A stretch of 64,000 nucleotides of DNA, taken from the NCBI RefSeq assembly GCF_009914755.1, contig NC_060925.1; one strand, written 5' to 3'. The position numbers and the translations under genes were made by a program. Positions 28,886-42,994 of this stretch are shown in pieces. Source of the stretch: the human T2T-CHM13v2.0 reference genome, Homo sapiens. Below the pieces are notes generated by a model, which saw only the letters and a program-made list of their open reading frames with translations, had not been told where the DNA came from and ran no database searches. How positions within the stretch are numbered: position 1 is the first letter of the stretch; each line of letters opens with the position of its first letter.

Positions 28886-29800
28886 GCTGATAACCATTGG
28901 AAGAATAACTATTACTTTTGTTACTTTCCCAGGGTCCTTAGGAAGGTTGGATAAGATCTTAGATATAAACAGCTCCTTCGTCACTTATGTAATTAAAACC
29001 TATAAAGTACTGCGAGCATGTCAAATTGTTATAGAGCATAAAGATGCGTAAAATGTATAAAATACATAATAAACAACCTGGAAAACAGTATAAAATATTC
29101 TCTCACTACCTCTGTCTGTTTGTCATTTTAAACTCTTGGCTTGAGCTGATCCTTGTGTTCCTGAGTTCCTAAGAACTGGCCATATAGCAGGGGTTTCTGG
29201 TTAATGTTAAACATCAAGAAACAATTACTGCCCTGGCTACTGTGAGGTGGATTGAGGCAGCTGGGCTCATTTCCCCTTCTCCTGGCCAGCCTCACTCTTG
29301 GCCATCCTCTAGAAGGAGGGCAGCTCATCTCAAGGCCAGAAGCTGGTCTCAGCAGGTCCTGAGAATCTCCAAAATTCATTTTGTCTCTATTTTCCCTGAA
29401 ATCATCCTCTCTGGAACTTGTTTTCTTCTTTAGGGCATCTCAGCCTAATCTTGGAAAAAGCCCTTTCACAAGCAGCCCTGCAAGAACTACAGAGAAATAT
29501 TGTGGCCCCAGAGTCAGGAAATCAGGGTACCTTAACCTGGGAGAATCTCAGCTCCTCTATGGGCCTCAGTTTTCCCTTTTGTAAAATTACAAGGTTGGAT
29601 AGAGAATCTGGAAGGTCCCTTCTGGCTTGAAAACATACAATGCACCATCCATCTACTAGCAGTCATACTCTAAGTATACTACATTGGTGTCAAACACATT
29701 ATATCTAGAACACAGAAGCTTGTCGAGGTAGAGCATTTTACCTGTCAATCTCCCCCTCCCCAATTCCCACTATGTTTCATAGGCATTTCTGGTGATAGTT

Positions 29801-30243
29801 TTAGTGGTTTTAAAATAGGTTCACAAAATTTTGACACCCTCCCTCTAATATGTGAAGCTTAATTCCCCTTCCAAAGTTAGGTCATAAAAGGCATCACAGC
29901 TTCCACCTTGCCATTGCTCTGAAGGAAGCCAGCTACCATGTTGTGAGGATACTCAAGCAGCCCTATGAAGAGGTCTAAATGTGAAGGCACTGAGGCCCCT
30001 TGTCAATAGGTATATAAGTGAGCTACTATGGAAGCAGATTCTCCAGCCCCAATCACATCTTCAGATGACTGCAGCCCTAGCTGACATCTTGACTGCAACC
30101 TCATGAGAGACCCTGAGCCATGGCCACCCAGCTGAGCTGCTCCTAGATTTCTGGCTTTTAGAAATCATGTGAGATGATAAATATTTATTGTTTAAAGCTG
30201 TTAAATTTGGAGGTAATTTGTTACACAGCAATAGATAACTTAC
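29801..30243 (+). mobile_element. MLT1F-like MaLR LTR
   Basis: ggaagccagctaccatgttgtgagg, cttcagatgactgcagcc, gcaacctcatgagagaccctgagcc, ggtaatttgttacacagcaatagataact. Confidence 0.88.
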
Positions 30244-30445
30244 GTACTAGCAGTGGTTGCTGTTGTTAGTGATGGTCATAGTGGAGTAAGCATAACCTAT
30301 AACCCTGACTCTGTATCACTGTAATTTTCCTGTGTGGGGATTGATGGAATGATTGATGTATGTCCTTGGTCCAGAAAGGATTTCAAAAGGCCTAATCTGA
30401 AATTCCTTAGCTTCTACACCCAGGCTGAGCATACATCCAGATTTA

Positions 30446-30854
<409 letters not shown>

Positions 30855-31018
30855 TTATCCCTATTCTGGTAATTCCTTTCCCCAACCTTGTCTTCTCCTT
30901 TATAACAATCACATTGGTCCTTGTGACCCTGAGAGAGCTCTGTGCTCAATTAGATAAGTCCGCCATGAGTGTGAGAGGGAGAGTGGTAGCACACACACCA
31001 GGCAGCATCCTCTGTTTT

Positions 31019-31318
31019 ATTTTTATTTTCCTTTAAGTTCTGGGATACATATGCAGAAAGTGCAGGTTTATTACACAGGTATACATGTGCCATGGTGGTT
31101 TGCTGCACCTATCAACCCATCATCTAGGTTTTAAGCCCCAAATGCATTAGGTACTTGTCCTAATGCTCTCCCTCCCCTTGCCCCCCACCCCCTGACAGGC
31201 CCTGGTGTGTGATGTTCCCCTCCCTGTGTCCATGTGTTTTCATTGTTCAACTCCCACTTACGAGTGAGAACATGCGGTGTTTGGTTTCCCGTTTCTGTGT
31301 TAGTTTGCTGAGAATGAT
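31019..31318 (-). mobile_element. L1PA8-like LINE-1 3' end (300 bp)
   Basis: 3'UTR catctaggttttaagcccc..tgcattagg. Perfect 13-bp TSD CATCCTCTGTTTT at 31006-31018 and 31319-31331. Confidence 0.93.
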
Positions 31319-32366
31319 CATCCTCTGTTTTTAATAGGAAGCTTGTAGTTTATCTCTTAATCCTTCCCCTGTGCCACCTACTATTAGACCTCCTGTGGGA
31401 TAATGTGAAGGATATGGTTTGCCATTGTAACTGTTGTGCATGTTCTCTAATGATTAAAAACGTCCCTGGTATTTGGAAACATAATTTATGAGCACAGTCA
31501 GCTCCAGGGTCTCACTGAGTCTCAGGGACTGCTGAGTGAGCTGTGTGGGGCTTAGTGTCAGCTCCTGTTGTATGGGAAGGAAAACTGAAGCTCAGAAAAG
31601 GCACACATTGCAAGGCCTGTCTCTGTCATTCTGTTTTATGGCTGCATGTCTGTCTTCAATACTATTCTATAGAGATTCAGGCTCATGAATATTTTAAGAG
31701 TTTGGGTTCAGCTAAAAACTAAAAACTTCTCCCTTTTCAACCACACTTCATGAGGTGGCTAAGTACATTTATAAGGAGTCTGGAGGACTTTGCCAATACA
31801 AGATGGGAGGAAGAGAAAGCGAGCGTGCGGTACTTGCAGGGTGTGTGATCGATAGGAGGTTTCCCCAGGGTTGTACCTCTCTGTCTTCCACTTTGATGTC
31901 ATCATCATCATCAGAATAAAAACAAGGGCTCTCTGGCATCTCCCAAGAATAGTAGTTTTTCACATCTGGGTTGTCTTGTCACTTACAGAAGGCTTTCCTT
32001 CTCCCAACCCCCTTCATTTTTCACAGTATGCCCCTCTGAGACGTTTTGGTATTACTCCCTTTTATTGATGAAGAAAATGAGGCTCTATTATTAAAACTGA
32101 CTCAACACCAACAGCAGGATTATCTATGTCATATTAACATTTCCCATTTCTTTCCTTAGGGTGTGAGGATGAATGTGTGGGAATGTGTGTGCCAGGTGTA
32201 TACTTGTATGCATGAATCTTACAAGTACAGATGACTTAAGGTTCTTTAATGTCTATGCCCTATCCACCTTTCCTTCATTAGCTCTTATTATTTTTGTAGA
32301 CTTAGGAAAAGAGGATTTTTGAAAGAAAATACTACACATTCGTTATAGATAATTTAGAAAGTATAA

Positions 32367-32776
32367 TACATTAGTCTACTTAAGTTGTTATAACACACAC
32401 CATAGACTGGGTGGCTTAAATAATGGAAGTTCTTTTTCGTGTAGGTTTGGAGACTGGAAGTCCAAGGTCAAGGTGCCGTTAGGGTTAGCTTCTTCTGAGG
32501 TTTCTCTTCTCAGCTTGCCAATGGCTGCCTCCTTGCTGTGCCTTCACATAATCTTTCCTCTGTGTGTGCACATTCCTGGTGTCTCTGTGTGTCCAAATTC
32601 CCTCTATTGTAAGGGCAATAGTCAGATTGCTTTAGGGCCTACCCTATTAGCCTCATTTTAACTTAGTCACCTCTTTTAAAAAGCTCTGTCTCCAAATACA
32701 GTCACATTCTGAAGTATTGGGTTTAGGCCTTAAACATGTGAATTTTGGTGCAGAGGGAATATAATTCAGCCCATAA
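32367..32776 (-). mobile_element. MLT1A-type MaLR LTR
   Basis: catagactgggtggcttaaa...ctggaagtccaaggtcaaggtg...tctccaaatacagtcacattctga..aattcagcccataa. Confidence 0.88.
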
Positions 32777-32949
32777 ATACAGAAAATGAGGAAAGTGTAG
32801 AGAATCATAAAGAAGATAAAAATCATCCGTAATCTCACTGCTAGGGACAATTTCTTTGCATATTTTGGAATGTTTCCTTCCAGTGCTTTAGAGTTCCCTG
32901 TGACTAATCTTGTGATTCAGGTGGGATAAAAACAATAACAAATAACAAA

Positions 32950-33200
32950 CAACAACTGTTGCATTTATTAATCCTACCACATTCCAGGTATAATTTTAAG
33001 TGCTATAGATGTGTTAACTAATTTAATCCAGACATAACCTCCTGAGATAGGTACTGTTATTATCCACATTTTGCAGATGAGGAAAGTGAGAAGTAGGGGA
33101 GGTAAGTAATTTTCCCAAAGACACACAGCAAGTAAGTGATGAAGCCAGGGCTTGAACTCAGAGAGTGTAGGTCCAGAGTCCATGTTCCTAAGGTGCTCAT
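32950..33200 (-). mobile_element. MIR SINE
   Basis: gagataggtactgttattatccacattttgcagatgaggaaagtgag..ccagagtccatgttcctaa. Confidence 0.78.
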
Positions 33201-33751
33201 TACAGGAAGGAGTATGGCTTCGGAAAAAGAAAGGGAGTGAAGTAGGATAAGAAGTTGGAAGCTGTTTGGCCACAGCACTCTGTCTTTCTGAGCAAGGCAG
33301 GAGTGAAAGCAACATAGGCTTTGGGGGCCAGTGAATCCAGCTTCGGGTCACAGCTCTATCATTCTCTAAATTGTAAATCAGAACAAGCTCTGCAGCTTTT
33401 CAATATCTTCATTTACAGATGTTGAAGTTGAAACTTTAAATTGCCCTTTCAATGGTGCTGTGAGGAGGATAAATAATATACTTAGAATACCTAGCACATT
33501 ACCTATGCGTAATTATTACTCAAGAAATAGAGGTTATTGGGGTTATTTATAAAGATCTTGCAAGTTCAAGGGATGACAAATTTCCAGAGGCAGCCCTGCT
33601 GGTGAGTGGCAGAGCCATTGCTAAGCAGGAGTTTGAAGAAATGAATGGGAGAGTGAGGGAAGGGATTCAAGGGCATCTGGCAACTGGGTGGTGCCTGTCC
33701 CAAAGCCTCCCTAGCCAGCTGCAAAATCTTTCAGGGAAGGGACATTTCTCT

Positions 33752-35650
33752 CACACTCATTCATTCGACAACTATTTCTTAAGCACCTGCGTGCCAGGCA
33801 TTTTTCTAGGTATTTGGGCTACGTCAGTAAACAGAAGAGAGAAAAAGCTGCGCTGTCTTGGAACTTACATTGTAATGGGGGAAGATTGACAATAAACAAT
33901 AAACACAATAAAAAATTAAAATATAGAGTACATTCTAAAACATTAAATGCTCTGAGAAAAATAGAGCTGGTTGGGGGGACTGGGAGTGCTGGGAGCAGGG
34001 CAGTTATTATATAATTTTAGAGAAGTTATCTTTTGACCAGAGGCTTGAAGGAGGAAACCATGCATATATCTTAGAAGAAAGAATTCTAGGCAGACAGACA
34101 ATGCCAAGGAGGCCAGTGTGGCTGGGGTGGGAAGGACAGCAGCAGGGGTGAAGTCAGAGTGGCGACAGGGCATCCAGACATGTAGAAACTATAATCCATT
34201 GTTAAAACTTTAGCTTTGGCTCTGAGCAAAATGAGGAGCAAATGGGGAATTCTGAATCGAGAAATAACTTACCCGTCTTATTTTTCAAATGGATCATTCT
34301 AGTAGCTCTGTTGAGCGTAGACTGTCAGGGATAGGGCTGGCAACAGGCAACTGACCTCCTAAGATCAGTTAGGAGGCTGCTGGATAAACCAGGCTCAAGA
34401 TGATGATGCTTCAGACTGGAATGATAACAGAAGTGGTCAGATTCTGGATCTGTTTTGAAGGTAAACCCAGTACGGTTTTCTAACAGATTGGATGCAGGAT
34501 ATGGGAAAAAGAGAGAAGTCAAGGATGACCCAAAGCTGCTGCTTATCTAACTGGAAGGTTAGCCTTGCCCTCAACGTGGATGAAGAAAAGTGGAAGTTAA
34601 GCAGGGCTTGGGAAGAAGATGGGGAGCTCACATTAGGAGTCTGAAATATCTATCATATATCTAGATGTAGTTGTTGAGTAGAGAGGTATGAGAGTCAGGG
34701 ATTTAGGAGAGAGGGCTGGGATAGAGATGCATGTTTAGAAGTTTTCAGCATATGATACATAAATCTATAAAATTGGATGTGGATGAGATCACAAAGTATC
34801 TACCAGTTTTTACATCTATCCATCCAGCCATCCATTCATCCATCCATCCATCCGTCCATCCATCCATCCATCCGAGACAGAAGAGAAGAGATTTGAAGAG
34901 CCCTCTAGCCCTCCAACTTTAGGAGAAAGGGAGAAGAGAAGGAACCATCAGAAGAGACTGAAAAGGAGGCATCAATGACAGAGGAGGGGAATCAATAAAA
35001 TGTTGGAAGCTGAATTAAGAAAGAGTATCAAGAAGGAAAGAGTAATCAACTGTGTCAAAAGCTGCTGTTAGGTAGAAGCAATTGACTATTGAGTTTAGCA
35101 ACATGGAGGTCATTGGTGACCTCAACAAAGTTGTTTCCATGGAATGTGGGGTGGAAACATGACTGGAGAGGGTTCAGGTGAAATCAGAGGGAGGAAGGTG
35201 AGACAGGGAGAAGACAGAAACTTGTTTGAGGAGTTTTTCTATAAAGGGGAGCAGAGAAAGGGGGTAGTGGCTGGAGGGGCATGAAGAGTCAAGTCCAGGT
35301 TTTGTAAAGGTAGGAAAGACACAATGTGTTCACATGTTGATGGGAAAGGGAAAGGGGAAATTAGATAGTATAGGAGAGAAGGTGTCAATTACTCCACTTG
35401 TGTCCTTGCAAAGTGGCAGAGGAAGTCTAGACCATCCGTGGCAGAACTGACCTCAGGTGGCAGCAGGACGGACCATCTAGAGTGTTGGGAGGGAAGGCAG
35501 GGCACACAGGACCGGATGTAGGGTCGGGATTGGAGAGAATGTATGAGTGTGTGGAAGTTAGCTTTGGAATGCATCTATTTTCTGTGACAAGAGCAAGCAA
35601 GGCCATTAGCTAAGAGAGAGGAGGAGGGAGGAGGTGTTGGAGGTTTGAAG
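33752..35650 (-). mobile_element. L2a LINE (about 1.9 kb) containing a (TCCA)n tract at 34817-34873
   Basis: cattcattcgacaactattt..gtgccaggca; gaagtggtcagattctggatctgttttgaagg; gagagaagtcaaggatgac; atggaggtcattggtgacct. Confidence 0.85.
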
Positions 35651-36929
35651 AGACAGGAAAGGGTGTAGAGGAATCTTTAGTTTTTCTTCCTGTCCCTTGT
35701 ATAGGATTTGACCCTGGAGAATTTTTAACAAGACCCAAGACATAGAATTGAAATGGATTTTTCTAATGTTGCCCTCCTCGGGGGGCACTGAGTTTGGAAT
35801 CGGACAGAGTTTGAATCTTGGCTATACCACTCATTACATGTGTGCCCACCAGGAAGTCCTTATCCCCTCTTCACTTCAGGTTTCTCATCTAGAAAGAGGG
35901 AATTGAATAAGGTAACAAATGTTATGTGCTCAGCTAGTCCCTGACATATAGTAGATGTGAAAACAATGCTATCATCAGTTTCCCAGGCATTATCATAGCT
36001 TTAGCCCTCTGGACTTCATAATGACCTTGGAATCAAAAGAATTTGGACTGAACGACTTTTCCATTTTTGTATCTCAATGAACTAGAGATAATAGAATGAA
36101 GTTAAACTCACCATTAAAGGCTAACTCCTAATATTTTTTTATCTTAAAAATGGAAGGAAAGATGCTATGAGTTCAGATTTATTCCTCTTCAAGCAAATTG
36201 ACAAGTTTTTCTATTTCTAAATTAATAAATGGTAGAGTGGACAATTACAAAAGAAAGACAAGCTGGGCAGCCACGCACTGGCTGGTGACTTTTGTGTAAG
36301 TTGCTTTACTCCTCCCAGCCCCAGGTCTTTCCTCTGCCCAATGGGAAACTTCAATCCCTTCTTTATAGGCAGGTGTGGGCCCTAAGGAAATAGTTGCTGA
36401 GACACAGATGTGAAAGCATTTTGCAAACTATGGAGTGCTCAAACACTCCCAGGATAGTGGTGGTAGCCTCTGCCTCCATGAGAACCAAGAAGAGCTTGTT
36501 AAGACCCTCGAGTGAGGCTGCAGCACATCAAAGCCCATAGTTGCTTCTGGAGAGAGTTTGAGAAGGGCCCAGGGCAGCCTTACATGCTCCCTTTTGCTCT
36601 GACCTTTAGTAACATTTCCGAATAAAACTGACATGTTGCTTATGTTTCAGACTAAAGATGAAGTAAAAACAGGTCAGGTTGCCCAGACCTAAACAAGGAG
36701 CAGATGGACAAAAATTGCGTCACTCCCTCCCATCTGTCTCAATCCTCCAGGAGAAACCCTGGTGGGCATCATCCAAAACTTTGGTCCCCCAGACCCCTGA
36801 TTTCTCTAGGCTGAGCAAAGAAGCAGATTCTGGGGGCAGATTATGGAGGGGCACAGATATCGGAGACTTGGAGACATATGGTCCTGGATTTGCATTCCAG
36901 CTCTCTCATAGTTTGTATATGAAAGCTGA

Positions 36930-37056
36930 TCCTATATCCTGGTTTGCCTAGTACAGTCCCAGTTCAGCCCTACTGACTCTGTGGAATGAATATTAGCATC
37001 TCCTTTCCCTTTCGAACGTGTTCCTGTTTGGATGAGAAATTGCAATGTCATCCTGT
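36930..37056 (-). mobile_element. MER94-like hAT element
   Basis: tatcctggtttgcctagtacagtcccagtt...gtgttcctgtttggatgagaaatt. Confidence 0.55.
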
Positions 37057-37202
37057 AGATATGTGACCTTTGCTGCAATATCTTTTGAACCCCAGTTTCC
37101 ACATCTGAAAAATGGGAATCATCATTTACATATTTCAAGATCATTGTTGATAATTTACACATGATTTAAATGGAAATGGAAATTAAATAAGACATAAAGT
37201 CT

Positions 37203-37412
37203 ATTTATTTATTTAAAGACAGGGTCTCACTCTTTTCCCCAGGCTGGAGTGAGTGCTGGGATCGTAGCTCACTGCAGCCTTGAACTCCTGGACTCAAGGG
37301 ATCCTCCAACTTCAGCCTGTTGAGCACTTGGGACTACAGGTGCTTGTCGCCACACCCTGCTTTCTTGTTATTGCTGTTTGTTGAGTTGGGGGTCTCACTT
37401 TGTTGCCCAGGC
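37203..37412 (-). mobile_element. AluJo-like, 5'-truncated
   Basis: agacagggtctcactc..atcgtagctcactgcagccttgaactcctggactcaag. Confidence 0.88.
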
Positions 37413-37517
37413 TAAAGCTGGTAATTTAATATCAGCATTGCTCTGGTTTATGCATCTATCATTTTTTTTCTTCAAAGTATTTTAACAAACTCTTAGCTGA
37501 TTTTGTGACCTCCAGTC

Positions 37518-37694
37518 CAGTGGTTCTCAGATCTTAGGGAACATTAGAATCACCTGCAGGTCTTGTGAAAACAAACTGATGGGCCGCACTCCCAGATTTT
37601 CTGATTCAGTGGGTTTGTGGTGGGGTGAGACTGTGCATTTCTAACAAGCTCCCAGGTGAAGCTGTGGTCTGGGACCACAGTTTGAGAACCACTG
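37518..37694. mobile_element. MER5A (hAT-Charlie)
   Basis: Perfect TIRs CAGTGGTTCTCA / TGAGAACCACTG, degenerate 8-bp TSD CTCCAGTC / ATCCAGTT. Confidence 0.9.
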
Positions 37695-38359
37695 ATCCAG
37701 TTTCTCCCCATCCATCCATCTCTATGCTTCTGCCAGAATGATCTTTTCGAAACACTGATCAGTCCATACTGCTTACACTGCTTAAAACCTTCAAATGGCT
37801 CCCTAGTGGCCTCAAGAAAAAGCCTACCTCCTTAGGTGGGCACTCGAGACCTCACCCCTCTTACCTGTCACCCTGATCTCCAGGCGCAGTGCTTGGCTTG
37901 CTGGCCCAGGTAGCTTTCCCTCCAAGAGGCAGGCTGCACTAGGGAAGGGCACAGGCATCAGACAGGCCTGGGTTTGAATTCCAGCCCTGGCATGGGCTCT
38001 CTGCTGTGACTTTAGGCAAGTAACTTACCTCTCTTGTGCATATGGGAAAACTGAGGCTTAACAAGTTCAAGAATTCTTACCTCTATGTGGAGCTGGAAAA
38101 GCTAAATGAACTGTCTGGGGAGCATGTGCCATGCCTGCTCCATGGCAGGTGATCCTCAGCCTGATGTCTTCTCAGGGCCTGTCTGTTTAGTCTCTAAGAC
38201 CTCACCCTGCTGTCTCCTCCCTACTGTGTGGCTTGCCTCCCTCCCCCTAGTTCTGATGGCTCTTGCTGACAGAATCTGTGAAGTACCATGTGAAGGGCAC
38301 ACACAAGGCCAGATCTCTGTGAGGGGATGGTCAGGGAGGACTTCCTGGAGGAAAGCCAT

Positions 38360-38828
38360 AACAGGTTATCAGCCTCCAAGATGGTCCCCAGTGGTCCTGC
38401 CTCCTGGTACTCACTCCATTGTGTAGTCCCCTCCCACACTGTCCCTGGGTGGGACCAGTGGTATATGGCAGAAGTGATGATATGTCACTTCTAATATTAG
38501 GTTATAAATACTACTTTTCTGTGTTGGTGCCTCTTGCTTTCTCTTGATCACCTGCCCTGGGGGAAGCCAGCTGCCATGTTGTGGGGCTGTGGCCAGGAAC
38601 TGAGGCCTCCCACCAACAGCCATGTGTGTCAGCCATTGAGAAAGCAGATCTTTCAGCTGCTGTCAAACTTTCGGGTAACTGCAACCTCATGAGAGACCCT
38701 GAAACAGAACCATCCAGCCTAGCTGCTCCTAGATTCTGGATGCATCAGTACCATGTGAGATAATGAGTACTGTTCCAAGTTGCTAAATTTTGGACTAATT
38801 TGTTATTCAGCAATAGATAACTAATACA
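38360..38828 (+). mobile_element. MLT1F-like MaLR LTR
   Basis: gcctccaagatggtcccca, ggcagaagtgatg, gggaagccagctgccatgttgtg, cagcaatagataactaataca. Confidence 0.88.
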
Positions 38829-38922
38829 TGAGGCTTGGAAAAGTTAAAGGCACACAGATTGTAAGGAGCAAAGATAGAAATGGATACCTGAATTTTTGGC
38901 TCCCTCGTCCTTGCTAACACAC

Positions 38923-39538
38923 TGTAAGGTAAGGGGATGTGCTTTGGTCAAGGAATAGGCTGAGGCAGACATCCAGGCCAAAGTGACTGAGCGAGTTTAG
39001 GGTGCAGGCACATACTTCACTTGTTATATAACCTGTTTGTGCAAGCTCATCGCCTGGCTCAGAGTTACTGTTGTCTGTAGAAGGTACCACTGCCCAGCTG
39101 ACACTGTGCAGGCACTCTTGGGCATGGCTCAACATGGCTTTTGTGCAGATGCTGGCACCCAGACTGAGAGTGAAGCTACTGACCCCTATCAAGGAGAGTG
39201 ACTGTCTGGCAGATGGACAGGAGGGAGCCAGGAACCGGCTTGTGCCAAGGGAGAAAGAGTTATGCTGCTGACCCTAAAGATAAGGGAGAGCTGGCCACGC
39301 AGGTGTGTGTGGGAGCACACAGAGCAAGCAGCTGACTCAAAGCGGAGAGTGTGAGAGAGCTAGTGTAATTAAGCTGCTGATGAGAGAGCTTCTGAATAAA
39401 ACTACATTTCACCTGTTGATGGCCCCCCAAGTGTTTTTTCAGCTATCACCCACCCACCCACTCCCCTACAACCTCAGCATGAGCTGGAACCTAACCCTGA
39501 GCGTGACATTTGGTGTAGTCATGGCCCTGGACCTAATA
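38923..39538 (+). mobile_element. LTR18B-like (HERV18/HERV-S, ERVL) solo LTR
   Basis: TGTAAGG..GGATGTGCTTTGGTCAAGGAATAGG start, AATAAA at 39395, 5-bp TSD CACAC at 38918-38922 and 39539-39543. Confidence 0.82.
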
Positions 39539-40524
39539 CACACCATGTTACCTGAGCCAAGACTACCTTTGATGATTGCAGGACGCAGGAAGAGGTGAGG
39601 AAAAAGAGGAGGAGAGAAAAAAGGCCCTCCAAAACCAGTTGGAGAGAGGCTATGAGAAAGGTATGCCTGAAACCACAAATCTAACAGCCAGGTAGAAATG
39701 AGAAGCTCAAAGTCTACACCCACCTGTTGCTTCCACTGCTCCAAGATTGCAACTACTCACCCTCCTGCCTGGGTCCTGTCTGTGATCAGAGGAGGAGATG
39801 GGTTCCCAGGCTGTAGGCATCTCCAGGCCAGGAAAGCCTTGAAAAGGCTTGTTCTGATCAGCCTTTGCTTGTTTCCACAGCTGTGCAGCACCCAGGGCCT
39901 CACAAGCCAGGAGGTGAATTGTAATGAGCATTTATTCATCTTCTACTGTGTGCCAGGCACTGGGCTAGATGTATGATTTAATTCCATGCTTAGAGGAGAC
40001 CTGAGAAGTATGTACTTTAATACTCATTTTACAGATAAAATCAAGCTAGATTCGAAGAGCTCAATCTGTGTAAAGTTCACCGACAGCTGTTAAGGATTTG
40101 AATTTAGTTCCGTTCCACCAAGGTCTGAGGCAGTGCCCCCCACAATGGGCTACATGAATGAATAAGGAGTCAGAGTTCAGAGACCCTCATTCAAACACAT
40201 GTTTTAAGGTGCCCATTACATGCCTGACACTATGGGGACAAGAAAGCAACAGGAGTGGAGTCCCTGTCTCAAGAGTTGAGTGGGGAAGACATCACACGAT
40301 ATCATATTTGTTTGTTTACCTGGGACAGAGGGAAGCACAAAACGTTGTGAGAATTGAGGCCTGAGCTTAACCTATGATGGGCAATCAGGGAAAGCTTCTT
40401 GGAGGAGGGAATACCTAAACTGAGGCCTCTTACAGAGAGGTTGAAGTTAGACAAACAAGAGGAGTGAAGGGTGTCAAGGTGTATGTACAAGCCAGGTTTA
40501 AGAGAGCTGGGCATTCTTCAGAGC

Positions 40525-40670
40525 CTTGCTCCTCCAAATGTGCTTCCAGGCTGGAGCGGCAGCTCTGGCGTCCCTTGGGAGTTTGTTAGGTTTGGTCCAC
40601 CCCAGATCTACAGAATCAGGATCATAATCAGGTGGTTTACCTGCACATTTAAATCTAAGAAGTGCTGCTG
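40525..40670. mobile_element. MER5-like fragment
   Basis: gcagctctggcgtcccttgggagtttgttag..cccagatctacagaatcag..tgcacatttaaatctaagaagtgctg. Confidence 0.6.
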
Positions 40671-41749
40671 TAGAGGGAATAAACATGTGTTACAAACCAT
40701 ATAAGAGAGCAAAGTACACTTCTGATGCATGAACCTGTGCAGCAAGGGTAGGGTAGCGTGCCATGGGATGGATGCCAGGTGTGAGGCGGAGCAGTGCGCC
40801 CAGGATAAAATGTTCTCAGGCCCAGGACATGAGGCCAGGTCTAATTTTTAAATAGAAGACAAATATCTGGTTATTTATGAAAAATCTGCTGATTTAAAGA
40901 TATAAATTAATTTAAAAATTAAAAATATTCTAGTGGATCAAAAAATCATGACTTTGGGCTGTTAGTTGATAGCTTTTGGCTTCTGATTGTGAGCACAGCA
41001 CCTGTATCTTTATAACCTGGTGTTGAATGAATGAATTAGGTGGGAAAGGATTGGAATATTCCTCCAAGGCCCGCAGAGCTGGCTATTTCTCTTCACATAC
41101 TTTTCCACCTTTGGCCTCAGTTTCCTCACCTAAAAGCCAAGGGTTCCAGTTGATGATTTCTAAGGACTTTTCCAAATCAGCCTTGGTAACCCCAGGAGAG
41201 GGTCAGAATATCTTGCACCAAGGGGTGGGATCAGTGGTACTAATGCAGAGACAGCTGTTGGGTGCTGTCCCCTTGGGGAAGCCAGAGCTTTCTGTGCATG
41301 GTATGTTCTATCCTTCCCAATGGGGACCGAGCTGGTCACTGGGTGGAAGAAATGAGCCTCCTAATGCAGTTTTTCTTTCATCTAGGTTGAAGCTTTATAA
41401 AACACCAGGGCCCCTCTAGACACAGAGGGAGATAGCAAAGGAGGCAGGCCTGGGCTTTTAGCCTTTGCAGGCTCATGCTGCCCCTGCGTCTGTTGCCCCT
41501 TCCAGTGCTGCCTCTCCTGTCTCTGCTGCCTGTTCTGGCTGAGGCTGCTCTTACCACTCAGTCCTGAGCTTTCCACAGCCCTGCCCATCTTCTTGCTGCC
41601 CTCACCTGCTTCTCTACTGCTCAGAGGAATCCTATCTCCATCTGACCCTTTCTCTAGAGGAGAGGATTTAGGCTCAGGCCTAACTAAGAGATCATGTTAC
41701 CAATGAGATCGTGGAGGAGCTCATGATTCCACGTGAGAGGCTGTTGGCC

Positions 41750-42185
41750 AAGCTTGGGAGACAGCAGGGCTGGCAGCATAGGGGCAGATTCGCATTCCGC
41801 AGACCTGGGTTCAAAGCTTATCAATGTCATCCACTCCCTGAGTGTCCTTGGTTGAAACTTTCATCCGTGTGGGCCTCAGTTTATTCATCTGTAAAATGTA
41901 GATAATAGCACAGCGCTGTGTAGGTTGTGAGGATTTTTTAAAAGTCACTCACATTTATTTAGCATTTACTATATAAAAAGCACTACACAAAAGACCTTAC
42001 TTGCCATATTGCATTTAATTCTCACAACAGCCTCATAGCTAGGTGTTATTATTATGCCTATTTTACAGATGGGAAAACTAAGGCAGTAAAATTAAGCAAA
42101 TTGTCTGAGGTCTCACAGATAATAAGTGGTAGAGACTGAATCAGGTGCAGGGGGTTCTGATTCCAGAGCTAACACACATGACCAT
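41750..42185. mobile_element. Two MIRs in tail-to-tail orientation (about 41750-41935 +, about 41950-42185 -)
   Basis: gcctcagtttattcatctgtaaaatg versus cctattttacagatgggaaaactaaggc. Confidence 0.7.
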
Positions 42186-42994
42186 AGACACAGATAAACT
42201 TAAAAAAGGTTTCAAACCTGACCCCTACCCTCATTTAGCCTCAATAGGAGGTTTAATGGGCCAGACAGTGTTAGATGGCCAACTTCATGTTTATAGAAAT
42301 CCTTTTTGTGAAGAGTTTTCAAAAACTTTTCACTGACACGATCTTACTTCCACCTCTCAGCAACTCTGTGGGGGTAGGTATTATTCTGTTTTACAGATGG
42401 GGCAACTGAGGCTCAGAGAGCTAGTCAACAGCTGAGCCAAGACTTGAATCCATTTCTCCTGACCCAAAGCATAAGCTTTTTCTGCTTCATCATCTGCTTG
42501 GCATTTGTCATTGTCAAGGAATAAATGAATTATATTAATTAGTCACATTAATAGCTCAGTGAGCAGAAGGACTCAGCAAAAGTTGATCTTGGTGGCAGGG
42601 GGAAAGATACATAACTGGGGTTGGACCACAGGTTGCTGTCTCAGAAGGGTGGGCTTGGGCAGAACGATGACACAGAACAGGAGATGGACAGCAGAGTTGT
42701 GAGCTGGATATCCCTGAGGCTGGGGATTGTTTGAAGGATATTGAAGGTGGGCGTTGCTGGTTTCCTCATTTCAGATTCTTAGGGGTCTTTATGCCATGGC
42801 TGTGGTTTAGACAAGGATGGAAGCACTCAGTACAGGGCATGGAAGAGTACATTTTTTAGGCAGGTCAAAAGGGCTAAACTGAGGTTCAAAGCATTAGCCT
42901 GTTGGGTCCAGGTTTTGCGGTATGCAATATCCTCTGGACCTTAAGTGTTTACAATCTAGCCTCATGGATTAGCACTTTAGGTTCTCCAAGCCAT

